From Escherichia phage vB_EcoM_005, in sequence record MK295203: DNA of 64,000 bases. The stretch is one strand, 5' to 3'. This document shows positions 1-12,745 of this stretch, one piece after another (position 1 is the first letter of the stretch; each line of letters starts with the position of its first letter). The notes beneath the pieces were generated by a model. It was not told the origin of the DNA, ran no database searches, and saw only the letters and a program-made list of their open reading frames with translations. The position numbers and the translations under genes are program-made.

Positions 1-297
1 GAACAAATCATCTTTAGCGTAAACAGCACCCGCAGTGAAAACTGGGATAGAGGCACGGTCTTTAGCGGATACTGCACCGGAATAAGTAGCACCTGTCTGG
101 AAAGATAATTCGTTTTTTTCTGTAAGATATTTGATACCATATAGAGCAGCCAAAGGTTGGTTAGTACGCTGCTGAGCTACAAGGTCGGTATAAATCAGTT
201 TGGTCGTAGCTCTGGTTAAAGCTACTAAATTTGGACGACCAATCGAAGAACTCGAAGTAGTGGTCGACTCTTTTAAAAGGTCGTTAATTTTAGCCAT
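1..297 (-). CDS. 24: prohead vertex protein gp24, N-terminal 99 codons (gene runs off window start)
   Basis: Minus-strand ATG at 297 gives MAKINDLLKESTTTSSSSIGRPNLVALTRATTKLIY..., matching the T4 gp24 N-terminus as recalled. Confidence 0.85.
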   Translation of the reverse strand, partial: MAKINDLLKESTTTSSSSIGRPNLVALTRATTKLIYTDLVAQQRTNQPLAALYGIKYLTEKNELSFQTGATYSGAVSAKDRASIPVFTAGAVYAKDDLF

Positions 298-350
298 TGC
301 TATTTTCCTTTGTGGAGTAATAAGTTTATTTATAATTATTTATAAAAGTT

Positions 351-391
351 GTTTACAGCAGGCAGGCCACGTGATACTATAGACCTATCAA
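351..391 (+). promoter_or_regulatory. early sigma70-type promoter cassette (PeSL-like)
   Basis: GTTTAC 351-356, 18-nt spacer, TGATACTAT 372-380, conserved AGACCTATCAA; same module recurs at least 12 times. Confidence 0.55.
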
Positions 392-409
392 AACATGAGG
401 AGATTAAAA

Positions 410-676
410 ATGAACAAATTAAACTTTATCCGTACTACACTTTCTAACCTTGACAAAGACATCAAAGCTCTGGTAGAAAAATTCGGTACCAATCCTAATG
501 GTAATGCAGTTAATGCATTGGTTAAGAAATACGAAGCTCTGGCTTATGAAACTGATTTCTGGTGGAACGGTGAATACTCTACCCATACCAAAGACAAATC
601 TGGTAACTGGCTGAAAATCCAAGAAAATCGTATTGACTTCCGTGATATCATCAACCGTCGTGTCAAAGCAGCGTAA
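410..676 (+). CDS. hypothetical small protein (88 aa)
   Basis: ATG 410 follows GAGGAG at 397-402; ORF track starts at alternative ATG 395; no recognisable motif. Confidence 0.5.
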   Translation: MNKLNFIRTTLSNLDKDIKALVEKFGTNPNGNAVNALVKKYEALAYETDFWWNGEYSTHTKDKSGNWLKIQENRIDFRDIINRRVKAA

Positions 677-679
677 AAT

Positions 680-1339
680 ATGAATTATTTAATTTACAAA
701 ATAACCAATCTCATTAATAACAAGATTTATGTTGGAGCCCATGCCACTACAGATGTTAACGATTCTTATATGGGTTCTGGGGTTAACATAGTAAAATCCA
801 TAAAGAAGCACGGTTTAGAGAATTTTAAAAAGGAAATCCTTTTCAATTTCGAAACACCTGAAGAGATGTATGCTAAGGAAGCCGAACTAGTTGATGAGGC
901 TTTTGTCATGAGAACAGATACTTATAATGCTGCCTTAGGCGGTAAGGGTAATCCTGTTATAGTAGCTTTACAGGAACCCGGGTATCGTGAGATGTTATCC
1001 GAAAAGACCAAGGCCGGTATGACCAAGGAAGTAAGGGCCAAAATGTCTAAATCGAAAACAGGTTCTAAAGAATCCAAAGAGCACCGAGAAAACAAATCTA
1101 TAGCTAATAAAAAGTTTTACGAGAATAGGGATTCTCATCTTAAAGGTAGGAAACTATCAGAAGAACATAAAGCCAAAATTAGAAAGAATTCTAATAAAGG
1201 TAAGAAATTCGTATTTGTGGATATTTCTATTAAAGGTCATGAATTTAGCCATTACGATTACGCTGCCGAATTCTTTAACGTATCCGCAAAAACTATAAGA
1301 AATTGGATTAATGAACGCGATGATTGTTTTAAGCTATAG
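680..1339 (+). CDS. GIY-YIG homing endonuclease (seg-like)
   Basis: YLIYKITNLINNKIYVGAH and YMGSG motifs near N-terminus, basic repeats and HTH-like C-terminus; sits between genes 23 and 24 where T4 has segD. Confidence 0.8.
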   Translation: MNYLIYKITNLINNKIYVGAHATTDVNDSYMGSGVNIVKSIKKHGLENFKKEILFNFETPEEMYAKEAELVDEAFVMRTDTYNAALGGKGNPVIVALQEPGYREMLSEKTKAGMTKEVRAKMSKSKTGSKESKEHRENKSIANKKFYENRDSHLKGRKLSEEHKAKIRKNSNKGKKFVFVDISIKGHEFSHYDYAAEFFNVSAKTIRNWINERDDCFKL

Positions 1340-1345
1340 AAACAA

Positions 1346-1380
1346 GAATGGGAGACCGAAGTCTCCCAAATATTTTTAAG
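1346..1380. terminator. bidirectional rho-independent terminator
   Basis: Hairpin GGGAGACCGAAGTCTCCC at 1350-1367 with T-rich tails on both strands, between convergent genes. Confidence 0.55.
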
Positions 1381-1398
1381 AATTAATAACTTATGTTA

Positions 1399-2825
1399 TT
1401 AAATTCCCTTAACGTAGACACGTCTAAAGTAACCATTCAGACCGAGGCTGTTAACGATGTCAGGCATACCGCTCTGAATACGTTTGGTAGGAGCCTGTGC
1501 AGACGGGTCAGCGAACGGGTTGATACTGTGAAGTAATCGGAACGTGCATACTGGTCGATGTAAACGCGATATTTACCACCAAGAACACCGGCAAATACTG
1601 CTTTGGTTGTGTCAACGTTGAAACCCTGACCCAGACCTTGAGCTGCATAACTTACAGAAGTATCAACTGCAGCCAGTACGTTAACTACGTTACGGGAAGC
1701 GATGATGAAGTTACCAGCACCACGACCGGTCTGACGAGCGATTTCGGCTGCTTCTTTATCAATCTGGAACAGAAGGGCTTTAAAGCTCTCACCGGCCCAA
1801 CGAGCACCACGGATATCAATCGGGTCCTGGAAGTCAAACACACCAGCTTTAGCGCCAACGGTGTTGGTCATACCAGATTTACCAACCTGTGCAGAGTAGT
1901 TAATCCAATCGATAACTTCACGGTTGATTTCGAGCATAATTTCGGTAGCAAGGATACCGGACAGTTCAGCATCTGCATCCATACCGTGTACTGCACGAAG
2001 GTCCTGTGCCAGTTCGATAGAATAGCTTGCTTTCAGCTGACGGGATTTAGCTTCGATAACTTGTTTGTCGATGCGGAAGCCCATTTCGTTCCACGGGTTA
2101 TCCTGGGAACCGTTAAAGCCTTCCTGAAGTTCAGCGATAGAAGTAGCCATACCTTCAGCCAATTCAGCCAACTTACCAGCTTCAATCAAAGCGGTAACAG
2201 CAGCATCCAGTTTAGCGGCATCAGTAGCAGCAGCATCAACGGTTACAGCTTCAACAGCCTGGAAGTGTGCAGCACCGGTAGCTTCGAAGAAGTGAGAATA
2301 AATTTTACCAACTTCCAGAACTTTGCTTGCAGCCAGTGCTTCGAAAGATTCAGCAGCACCCTGACCAGAGAACATAGCGTTCGGAGCATACATCGGGTGG
2401 AAAGCTTCTTTAGCGCCAGCAGCGATAGGGTCTTTACCATAAACTGCGCGCAGGGCAAATACCTGGCCGGTAGGGTTATTCAGAGGCTGAACACCACAAA
2501 TATCAAAAGCAATCAGATGAGGAATAGCACGACGAACCATACCCATTACTGCAGGCCCAATCTGAGTTACAGCACCAGAAGTCTGGCCAGCTGCGATATT
2601 GGTAGCATCATAACCGTGGTCACCGCCAATTTCAGCTTCGGTCAGGAAAGAACCAAATGCTTCAGAGATTTTTTCATCACGGTATTCCGGAGCAGTCAGG
2701 ATGTCTTGTTCCTGGTTTTCGAAAATTTTAGCGATGATAGCTTGTTTAGAAGCACCTACGATTTCAGGAAGAGCTTCGTTTTCCAGCAGAGCGGACCATT
2801 TTTGAACTAATGCATTCTTTTTCAT
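1399..2825 (-). CDS. 23: major capsid protein gp23 (reading frame broken near 3' end)
   Basis: MKKNALVQKW...SKQAIIAKIFENQ... close to T4 gp23; frame changes after DYFTV near 1545; last 41 codons (INPFA...FRRVYVKGI) are in another frame ending 1399; ORF track shows 1437..2825. Confidence 0.9.
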
Positions 2826-2846
2826 GTGTTGTATAACCTTATTAAA

Positions 2847-3563
2847 TTAAGAAATTCGTGATGCTGCGATTGCAGACAGGTCCGCGAAGGACAGGGTAGG
2901 CTTAGCGCCTTTTTCTTCAACTGCTTCTGAAATGTAATTCAGTGCCGCAGCATCGTCTACATTTTTATTTATAGCGGCTTCGGTGATTGGGTTTTCAACG
3001 TCAGTTTCAGTCAGGTCTTTAGTTGCTTCCGTAACAGCAACTTCACGCTGTACGTAATTAATATACGCGTCGCGCTTACCAACTTCTTCGAACAGACGAG
3101 CGGTTTCATCTTTCTGCTCTTGGAGTTCTTCTTCCATTTCAGCAACAACATCTACTGCTTCTTCTGGAACAACCACATTGTGTTCAACAAACAGTTCTTT
3201 CATACCCATCAACATGGATTCGAACAGTTCGGCTTTAATACCTTTATCAACAGCCAGCTGGTTTTCAGCCATCCATTCTTTAGCAACGTGGTCAAGGAAA
3301 CGACCGGCAGCTTCTTGGATTTTCTTATCGGCTTTTTCTTCAGCTTCTTCTTTATTTTTCTCTACTTCTTCTTCCGCTTTTTCAGCGATTTTAGCGATGT
3401 GAGATTCAGCCAGTTTCACGGCGTGTTGCTTGACGGTAGCTTCGAATACAGTGCCGAAAGTTTCTTTTGCTTCCGGAGAAATATTAACTGATTCGAAAAT
3501 ACTATCAAGAGCAACGGAAGCATCAATATTCTGTGCTTCGGCGATCAGTTGTTCTTTAAGCAT
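2847..3563 (-). CDS. 22: prohead scaffold protein gp22
   Basis: 238-aa acidic coiled-coil protein MLKEQLIAEAQ...; position between 21 and 23. Confidence 0.85.
   Translation of the reverse strand: MLKEQLIAEAQNIDASVALDSIFESVNISPEAKETFGTVFEATVKQHAVKLAESHIAKIAEKAEEEVEKNKEEAEEKADKKIQEAAGRFLDHVAKEWMAENQLAVDKGIKAELFESMLMGMKELFVEHNVVVPEEAVDVVAEMEEELQEQKDETARLFEEVGKRDAYINYVQREVAVTEATKDLTETDVENPITEAAINKNVDDAAALNYISEAVEEKGAKPTLSFADLSAIAASRIS
2966..2973 (-). promoter_or_regulatory. possible late promoter TATAAATA
   Basis: Forward TATTTATA = minus-strand TATAAATA, about 140 nt upstream of gene 23 start. Confidence 0.3.
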
Positions 3564-3590
3564 TTTGTAGTCCTGTTGTTTAGATAATAA

Positions 3591-3598
3591 TATTTATA
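3591..3598 (-). promoter_or_regulatory. late promoter TATAAATA for gene 22
   Basis: Minus-strand TATAAATA 28 nt upstream of gene 22 ATG, overlapping gene 21 stop. Confidence 0.5.
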
Positions 3599-4229
3599 AC
3601 GCTTTTTTCATGGCCTCTGCGAGAGCCATAAAGGCGTCATCGGCACTGGTATCGGTTTCTACCGTTTGTGATTCTGTAATTTGCTTTGGAGTTACATAAG
3701 CATCAGGAGCAGATGGTCCCCATACTGCATCAACACCGACGGTTAATTTATAACCTTCGTTTACACGCTTATATCCTTTGTTGGTTTCGGTTAAAGAACC
3801 AAGACCACGAGAACTAACACCAGGAACCCAACCAGCACGGATATTTGCAGCTAGTTTATCACCTGGGCCATGGTCACCTTCGATGATACGTGCACGTCCA
3901 TAAACATCATTACCTTTCCACCACATATCTTCAATAATAATAGCGGCTTGCATAGGGTCAACGTTAGCACGAGGTGGGTGGTTTAATTCTCCTAAAGCTT
4001 GTTTAGTAGCAACCTGTTCCGCCATATAATCGGCAACGGCTTTTTCCAAAATAGGTTTTGGGTAAAGGCGTTTATTACGGTTAACTACCTCTGCTTGCAT
4101 GAAAATGCCTTCTATATAAAGGCCGGGAGCAAGCCCAGAATTTTTTCCATCATGAGATTCCAACATAGGAACCCCATCGATAATTTCACCTGGTTGTCCC
4201 CAATGTTCGATGAGCAATTCAGGTTTCAT
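3594..4229 (-). CDS. 21: prohead protease gp21
   Basis: 211 aa; ...GEIIDGVPMLESHDGK...GLYIEGIFMQAEVVNRNKRLYP... near-identical to T4 gp21 as recalled. Confidence 0.9.
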   Translation of the reverse strand: MKPELLIEHWGQPGEIIDGVPMLESHDGKNSGLAPGLYIEGIFMQAEVVNRNKRLYPKPILEKAVADYMAEQVATKQALGELNHPPRANVDPMQAAIIIEDMWWKGNDVYGRARIIEGDHGPGDKLAANIRAGWVPGVSSRGLGSLTETNKGYKRVNEGYKLTVGVDAVWGPSAPDAYVTPKQITESQTVETDTSADDAFMALAEAMKKAL

Positions 4230-4657
4230 TAGTTAAGTCCAAAAGCTTTACGTTTAGAACGGGCTTTCTTACGCTTACGTTCAGCACGCACTTGAGTAGA
4301 TGGATTAGCACGTTTGGTTTTAGATGCTTTACGAGCAATCTGACGGCGTTTTGCTTTAGATAAACCTGTCGTTTGGAACGCATTACGTTGACGGGTTTTA
4401 ATATCTTTAGTACGAGTAAGCTCACCTTTAGAGGAAACGTGTTTAACGATAAATTCGTTAAGAGCCATTGATTCATTTAAAGAACCAAGAGCGATAGCAC
4501 ATTCGATATCGCCTTCAGCAATCATGTTCTCTACAAGATTATTTATATCGCTTTTCTCGAGCGCTTCAGAAAGAGCAGCAAAACGTCCCTGTGCTTCTGG
4601 AATTTTAGCCTCTACGCTTTCTAGAGTTAATTCGTAATCATCAGGGATAAGGAACAT
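4229..4657 (-). CDS. 68: prohead core protein gp68
   Basis: 142 aa with very basic C-terminus; ATGA overlap with gene 21; T4 order 67-68-21. Confidence 0.8.
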   Translation of the reverse strand: MFLIPDDYELTLESVEAKIPEAQGRFAALSEALEKSDINNLVENMIAEGDIECAIALGSLNESMALNEFIVKHVSSKGELTRTKDIKTRQRNAFQTTGLSKAKRRQIARKASKTKRANPSTQVRAERKRKKARSKRKAFGLN

Positions 4658-4926
4658 TATTCGTCGTCCTCGTCTTCGTCTTTATCATCACCTTCATCCG
4701 CATCGTCAGATTCTTTTTTGTCTTTCTTATCTGCTTTATCGGATTTTTTGTCATCTTCGTCTTCGTCATCTTTGTCGGCTTCTTCGCCTTCAATCATAAC
4801 GGAGCGAGCAATTTCTGCTTTACGGGCTTCAATCAAAGCGGCTACTCGAGATTCGATAAGCGGGCCTGCTGCTTTACGAACTGCTACGAGGTCGTTTGAT
4901 TTAATAGCTTCGATTAAATCTTCCAT
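4657..4926 (-). CDS. 67: prohead core protein gp67
   Basis: 89 aa with highly acidic C-terminal tail (DEDEDD...); between portal and gp68. Confidence 0.8.
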   Translation of the reverse strand: MEDLIEAIKSNDLVAVRKAAGPLIESRVAALIEARKAEIARSVMIEGEEADKDDEDEDDKKSDKADKKDKKESDDADEGDDKDEDEDDE

Positions 4927-6500
4927 TAGAAATCCTCTTCTTCTTCATCTGGGTTTTGGAAACGAGCCTCTTTAGACTCTTCTTCAATTTGCTTAGCTTC
5001 TTGATTAATTTCTTCGTCAGTCATTTGGAGGAAATCTTTCATAGCCGTTTGATGTGAAATGTACTTACCAATAAATGGTTCAGCCATCGTTAGCATATTG
5101 ATTCTGCGTTCCATGATTTCAGCATCTTTCATTTCACTGAAATAGCTATCACGGTTAAACGTAACTTTAATATTATTTATTTCCTTTTCCCACTCATCTT
5201 CTGTAATAATCTTTTTAAGAATGAGGTTTGTTTTTAACGGGTCTAGGAAAATTTCTTCAAATTTGTTTTGTAACTGACGAATCCATTTAGAGAATTTTAA
5301 TTCGTCACGAGTGATTGCTGTACCGGCATCAAACATAACACCAGAATTGGACTCGCTAGGGATACGTGATTCAGGAACACGCAGCGCACGATAAAGTGCT
5401 GTGCGGAAATAAAGAACGTCGTCCATATCACTCATACCAGTAGCGCCTGGCATTGTATCAACTTCTGTAACCGCTTTACCATCACGACGTTGCAACCAAT
5501 AGTCTTCAGTCATGGACATATTGTGTTGTTGGTTTTTAATTTTACCTGTCGAAGCATCATACACCACACGGTTTTTCATCGTGTTCATGATATGTTGCAT
5601 TTGTGCTGCAGCCTTACGTGAAGGCATATTACCTGTATCGATATAAAACACACGACGGTCAGGAGCACGTGTAATACGGTAGATGACCATTGCGTCTTCC
5701 ATCAATTTAAGCTGGTTTGCAGGCTTAATAGCACGTTGCAAATAGCCAATGATGTTTTTACCACAACAATCTAATAATCCAGAATGAGCATAAACCACTG
5801 CAGCACGAGGAATTTTAACTTTAGTCCCGGCTGAATAAATGCGTCCATCAGCGCAATAACTTTCATGGCCTGTATCATAAACGAAAAACTCGCGATATCC
5901 GTCTACAACTTTAACGCCATCTTCCATACGTGTAACGATTTCACGAATATATTGGACTTGGCGTGGGTCTAAGCGACGAAGCTCTTGTACGCCATCTTTC
6001 ATTTTTTTAGGGTTTATAATTTTATGAAAGAAAATTCTTGAGTCTACATACCAGCGTTGGAAATGGTCAGTACCTTTACGTTGGAAATTTAAAAGGTTTA
6101 AAACTTCACTGAATTCGGCCAAGATTTTATCTTTAATTGCTTGACTAAATTCTGTCCCGTCTAAATTCAATGCAACTACTTCTTTATCATCCTCATAGAC
6201 AATAGCGTCAGACACAATTTCCTGTACGGCGTTGTCGACTTCATAGTTGTTCATTAAATTACGGTAGGTATCAATAAGTTCCCTGGTATTTTTAACTTCA
6301 GGCTCATTACTACCAAACATCTGTTGCATAAGAGCATTATAAGGAATATTTTGCTCTTGTGTCTCAATTTCGCGAGCGCCATCATCAAGCTTAGGTGCGG
6401 TGACAGACTCTAAATTGTTATTAATTTGTTGTTTATATTCTTTTTCGTCTTCATTAGCCCATGGCTTAAGAAAACTTAATATTGTATTAAAGTTTGCCAT
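4926..6500 (-). CDS. 20: portal vertex protein gp20
   Basis: 524 aa, same length as T4 gp20; position upstream of 67/68/21. Confidence 0.9.
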   Translation of the reverse strand: MANFNTILSFLKPWANEDEKEYKQQINNNLESVTAPKLDDGAREIETQEQNIPYNALMQQMFGSNEPEVKNTRELIDTYRNLMNNYEVDNAVQEIVSDAIVYEDDKEVVALNLDGTEFSQAIKDKILAEFSEVLNLLNFQRKGTDHFQRWYVDSRIFFHKIINPKKMKDGVQELRRLDPRQVQYIREIVTRMEDGVKVVDGYREFFVYDTGHESYCADGRIYSAGTKVKIPRAAVVYAHSGLLDCCGKNIIGYLQRAIKPANQLKLMEDAMVIYRITRAPDRRVFYIDTGNMPSRKAAAQMQHIMNTMKNRVVYDASTGKIKNQQHNMSMTEDYWLQRRDGKAVTEVDTMPGATGMSDMDDVLYFRTALYRALRVPESRIPSESNSGVMFDAGTAITRDELKFSKWIRQLQNKFEEIFLDPLKTNLILKKIITEDEWEKEINNIKVTFNRDSYFSEMKDAEIMERRINMLTMAEPFIGKYISHQTAMKDFLQMTDEEINQEAKQIEEESKEARFQNPDEEEEDF

Positions 6501-6548
6501 TAGAGTCTCCGATGAATGGGATAAGGAGCCGAAGCTCCTTGATAATTC

Positions 6549-6556
6549 TATTTATA
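6549..6556 (-). promoter_or_regulatory. late promoter TATAAATA for gene 20
   Basis: Minus-strand TATAAATA about 49 nt upstream of gene 20 ATG; small hairpin GGAGCCGAAGCTCC lies between. Confidence 0.45.
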
Positions 6557-6557
6557 C

Positions 6558-7139
6558 TCATTCATTTTCATGTTTGTGATAACGTGTTATAGCCGAACGA
6601 GTTGATTCAACACCACAGATAGGGCAAATCATCCTTGGCTGATTAATCTTTTTGCCTTTAGCCGGATGTTCTTTACCAAACATCGGATTACCTTCACCAG
6701 ACATAGCTTTGGCTTGGTCTGGTCGCTTACGTCCTTTTAGAGCTTTAGAATGTTCAGGCCTCTTTTTACCTAACCTACAATCTCTTTGTAGCTGTTTGGC
6801 ATGTTCACTCATTGGAATCCCTTTACGAGACATTCCAAAGAACCCGTCAGGCTGAGCTAATGACATATTTATATAGTTTTTAGATTTAACTACATTATAC
6901 TTTATTTGAAGCTCTTTCTCAGCTATACGAGCTTCTTTATCGGTTTCAAATAAAGATAAAATTCTGGTTTTGAAAAGGTGCGGATTTTCTTTACGTTCTA
7001 GATTCCAAATCTTTTTATATGCTTGGGATAATACAGAACCATTATATCCTTCTTTGAGAATCCTTTCAACGTATGTTGAGCCAATATAACGACGGGGTAG
7101 TTTAGACCCCGTGTATATGGTTAAGTAAGTACAATACAT
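6558..7139 (-). CDS. GIY-YIG homing endonuclease with C-terminal zinc finger
   Basis: TIYTGSKLPRRYIGSTY N-terminal motifs, repeated basic H-x-AK segments, C-terminal CPICG...H; free-standing between genes 20 and 19. Confidence 0.7.
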   Translation of the reverse strand: MYCTYLTIYTGSKLPRRYIGSTYVERILKEGYNGSVLSQAYKKIWNLERKENPHLFKTRILSLFETDKEARIAEKELQIKYNVVKSKNYINMSLAQPDGFFGMSRKGIPMSEHAKQLQRDCRLGKKRPEHSKALKGRKRPDQAKAMSGEGNPMFGKEHPAKGKKINQPRMICPICGVESTRSAITRYHKHENE

Positions 7140-7169
7140 TCTAAACTCCTTGACTTCATTGTTTGAATG

Positions 7170-7177
7170 TATTTATA
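7170..7177 (-). promoter_or_regulatory. late promoter TATAAATA for HEG 6558..7139
   Basis: Minus-strand TATAAATA about 30 nt upstream of the HEG ATG. Confidence 0.4.
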
Positions 7178-7206
7178 CTATCATAATTTGCTATAAAAGT
7201 AAAAAC

Positions 7207-7698
7207 TTATTCCCACCAGTCAATAGCAAATGTGCTTTCAAATGTTTCTACCTCGTTATTCGAGTCCCAGTCCATCTGGACTTCACCAACGTTAGTAGGC
7301 CATAAGCCGTAAATTGTAACTTCTTTGGTCACAGTCTTGCCGTCACGATGGAACTGGCGAACTACTGCTTGTTTCTTATATTCTGCAGGTGCTGCACCGG
7401 TAATTTCATTGGTCATACCGTGACAGAGATTCTGCCAATCGACAATTGCTTGACGGGTGTCATGTGCATCATCGTTATAAATGGTAATTGTCCAATCATC
7501 AAACGTACGGTCACCAGCTACGTTAATTTTACGGTTCATGTAGCCAACCGGTACTTTTTCTACAATGCCTGCCGGCATAGGTGCTGCTTTACATTTAAAG
7601 CTAAAGTTTTTACCCAGAAATGGAATTTCCACTTCGAAAAGGTTAGGGCGTGCAAAGTCACCTGACTCGAAGGCCCTAGTGATATCCGTAAGTTCCAT
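7207..7698 (-). CDS. 19: tail tube protein gp19
   Basis: 163 aa; ...ITRAFESGDFARPNLFEVEI...GLWPTNVGE... matches T4 gp19 as recalled. Confidence 0.9.
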   Translation of the reverse strand: MELTDITRAFESGDFARPNLFEVEIPFLGKNFSFKCKAAPMPAGIVEKVPVGYMNRKINVAGDRTFDDWTITIYNDDAHDTRQAIVDWQNLCHGMTNEITGAAPAEYKKQAVVRQFHRDGKTVTKEVTIYGLWPTNVGEVQMDWDSNNEVETFESTFAIDWWE

Positions 7699-7701
7699 AA
7701 G

Positions 7702-8385
7702 TTAGTGTTTCCTATCATATTCTTCAATTAAATGGAATAGCATATCTAAATCTATACTATTTTTAGAATCTTTACTTCGATTCTTTTCCCAAGGAATCAT
7801 TTCTAGATTGCAAATGTGTCCTATTATTTCGGGAGGGACGCCATTTTCAAATCCATATTTGATAGATACCCTATGGTCTAATTGATAAGCTCCTTTAACA
7901 CCACATATCCCGCTTAGATGTCTATTTGGTAGATTATCAACTTCTTCTTTAAAAGTCTTATTAGTAAAAGACCTCACTGAATAATAATATTTATTACGTT
8001 CAGATTTGTTAGGATTCCATCTTCCGTTTTTAGGTCCTGAACAAGCTTCAATCTTTATACCTTTTTTAGACTTAGAAATTTTAGGCCCTTTGGTTTTACG
8101 GATTTTTATGCCTTCATCAGAATTCCAATATTCTTTTCTTGTTTCTGAATAGACTTCCCAACGATGCTCTTTACAGAACTTAGAATTGGTTTCATTAAGT
8201 CGCCCTTTTGTTACAGTATAATAAATGCCACATTTATCACATTTACACGTAACAGCCATTTTTCCAGGACAGTCTTCTAATTTTATTAAATGGGAGCTTC
8301 CACTTTTAACTTGATATCCAAGATTTTTAAAAGCAGAAACATTGCGATTCGTTATAGGTATTTCAAATAGAGTATTAGTAATCAT
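7702..8385 (-). CDS. HNH homing endonuclease (mob-like)
   Basis: C-terminal YQLDHRVSIKYGFENG...HICNLEMIPWEKNRSKD HNH motif, cysteine-rich N-terminus; inserted between genes 19 and 18. Confidence 0.7.
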   Translation of the reverse strand: MITNTLFEIPITNRNVSAFKNLGYQVKSGSSHLIKLEDCPGKMAVTCKCDKCGIYYTVTKGRLNETNSKFCKEHRWEVYSETRKEYWNSDEGIKIRKTKGPKISKSKKGIKIEACSGPKNGRWNPNKSERNKYYYSVRSFTNKTFKEEVDNLPNRHLSGICGVKGAYQLDHRVSIKYGFENGVPPEIIGHICNLEMIPWEKNRSKDSKNSIDLDMLFHLIEEYDRKH

Positions 8386-8407
8386 ACTTATATTTATATA
8401 CCAGAAA

Positions 8408-8436
8408 GTCGCAGGATTGCGCCTGCGACGTTTTTA
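8408..8436. terminator. terminator-like hairpin in 18/19 intergenic region
   Basis: GTCGCAGG-ATTGCG-CCTGCGAC hairpin followed by GTTTTTA; strand assignment ambiguous. Confidence 0.35.
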
Positions 8437-8566
8437 GTTATACAGTTGATAAATCATATTCCTAAAGAATAATCAATCCCAGGCTCAATTCTACGTGATG
8501 TACGCTGTAACCAAACTCATGGTATAATGGTTTTAGGTTCTTTATATTACAGCCTGGGATAATAGA

Positions 8567-10402
8567 TTATACTAACGGTCCAATCAATTCATCAAAATCA
8601 GCACCAGTGCTCGTTGCAACGAAGTTCAACGTGATGTAGTTAATAGAACGAGCAGGTTTAACGTAGATATTAGCAATAAACTCATTACGGTCGATAACCG
8701 CAGGGGTGTTCACTGTAGTATCACAAACCACACGTCCTTCATAAATCCCACCAAGTGCCTTAATACCATCTAAGTACTGAGAAACTTCCATACGGAAGCT
8801 TGAACGGGTGAAGTTATCGTTCAATTCAAACAGTTTATATTTAGAGGCATCACCGATATTTTTCTTAAGCATGTTGAACAGACGGCGAACGTTAATATGG
8901 TCCATCGGAGATGGAACTTTAGTTGCAGTCTTATCACCAAACAATACGAAACCATCACCACCAGCAAAACCAACAACTGGGTTAATAGCTTCCTGGTACA
9001 TGCGGTCACGTTGGGATTGACGAGGTTCAATTGCCAATTTCAGAACGTTAAGAATCTGGCCACGGTTATAACCAGCCGGAGACATCCAAGGCTGAGACAC
9101 ATCATCCGTACGGGCACACAAACCAGCCATATCAGCCGCTAACGGAACCCAACGATTAACGTCGTTATATTTGTCATACTGATATTTATAGTTGCCGTCA
9201 ATTGCAGCATAAGTGGTGCTAATGTTCATGTTGTTGGTATCAAACAATGCTGCACCGGTACGCCAGTCGATAAGGTTATCTACTGCACGAGTCAATGGAA
9301 CGTTAACCAACAGACCTTTAGGAGGAGAAATAAATGCCAAGCAATCCTGACGTTCATCAGCAATGCTCACAACATGTTTCTGGACGGTCGAAGCAACTTC
9401 GTCACCTTCACCGTAGTTCAGCGAGGTAGCGAAGATATAGTTCGAAGTACCTTTAGCGAAATAGTCATCAAGATAAATGTTATTACCGTAAACGTCTTTT
9501 TCGCCTTCTTTGGTAGAAAGTACGACGGATTCTACGATTGCACCGTCACGGCGAACAATAATAGCATATTGGTCTTCTGTTTGAGGACCGTAGTTGAATA
9601 CTGCTTTAGCTACAGAAGCACGAGTACCGCCATTTGGATAAATATCCAACATTTTATTAGAACCAGCATCATAAGCCGCTTTAGAAACAATTTCAACTTC
9701 CAGAGTACTACCAATTTCACCAGGATAAAGGGCGACCACACCAGGCATACCAAACTGTTTAAGAGATGCTTGGAATTCCAGGGAAGTAATAGCTTCTTCA
9801 CTGTTCTCTGCTTCAGTCAACAGAATACCGGAATCGGTTACAATTTTACCGACAGTAATAGTACCAGAAACACCGGAAGAGGCAGAAGTAACTTCAGCAG
9901 TCCACGCCGGGCCGAGGTTCGGATATTGGTTAACAGAACGAGCATAAGAAATAATCTTGCCTGTAGGAATAAACACCGATAGAATTTTACCGTCTGTATC
10001 GACCGAAGTTACACGACCTTCAGATTCGATTACAGTTTGGTTATATTTGATATTAATTTTATCGCCTACCGCATAGTTAGAACCTGCAGTAGTAATAGTG
10101 GTTTGGACGTTACCTGCTATCGGAGATGCGTTTTTAGCGAATTCACGGTTAACAACACGAACAGTACGAAGGTCATTACCGTACTGGAGGAAGTTCATAC
10201 CCGACATGAAGTAATCGGCAACTTCGTTATTAGGACCTCCAAATAAGTCAACCAGTTCAACTTCATTAGTAATCTGAGTTACCTGGAAAGCAGGGCCCCA
10301 CTGGAATTTACCAACCAGCGCTGCACGACCCGTTGCGTTACGAACGACAGTACTCTGTACGGACGTTTCTTTGAGCTCAATGCCCGGTGATAATAAAGCC
10401 AT
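8567..10402 (-). CDS. 18: tail sheath protein gp18
   Basis: MALLSPGIELKETSVQSTVV...ARSINYITLNFVATSTGADFDEL; 611 aa versus about 659 in T4 as recalled. Confidence 0.9.
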   Translation of the reverse strand: MALLSPGIELKETSVQSTVVRNATGRAALVGKFQWGPAFQVTQITNEVELVDLFGGPNNEVADYFMSGMNFLQYGNDLRTVRVVNREFAKNASPIAGNVQTTITTAGSNYAVGDKINIKYNQTVIESEGRVTSVDTDGKILSVFIPTGKIISYARSVNQYPNLGPAWTAEVTSASSGVSGTITVGKIVTDSGILLTEAENSEEAITSLEFQASLKQFGMPGVVALYPGEIGSTLEVEIVSKAAYDAGSNKMLDIYPNGGTRASVAKAVFNYGPQTEDQYAIIVRRDGAIVESVVLSTKEGEKDVYGNNIYLDDYFAKGTSNYIFATSLNYGEGDEVASTVQKHVVSIADERQDCLAFISPPKGLLVNVPLTRAVDNLIDWRTGAALFDTNNMNISTTYAAIDGNYKYQYDKYNDVNRWVPLAADMAGLCARTDDVSQPWMSPAGYNRGQILNVLKLAIEPRQSQRDRMYQEAINPVVGFAGGDGFVLFGDKTATKVPSPMDHINVRRLFNMLKKNIGDASKYKLFELNDNFTRSSFRMEVSQYLDGIKALGGIYEGRVVCDTTVNTPAVIDRNEFIANIYVKPARSINYITLNFVATSTGADFDELIGPLV

Positions 10403-10431
10403 TTTGAATCCTCTTGGTTATGCTTTATTGT

Positions 10432-12741
<2,310 letters not shown>

Positions 12742-12745
<4 letters not shown>

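Noticed and set aside
1638-2810. 390-aa plus-strand ORF antisense to gene 23
   Set aside because: Low-complexity Ser/Thr/Phe-rich translation lying entirely opposite a highly conserved gene; the same applies to antisense ORFs at 9374..9982, 16730..17785, 11656..12105 and 3120..3491.
8391-8398. TATAAATA on the minus strand upstream of the HNH gene at 7702..8385
   Set aside because: Only 5 nt from the ATG, leaving no room for a leader or RBS; likely a chance match.
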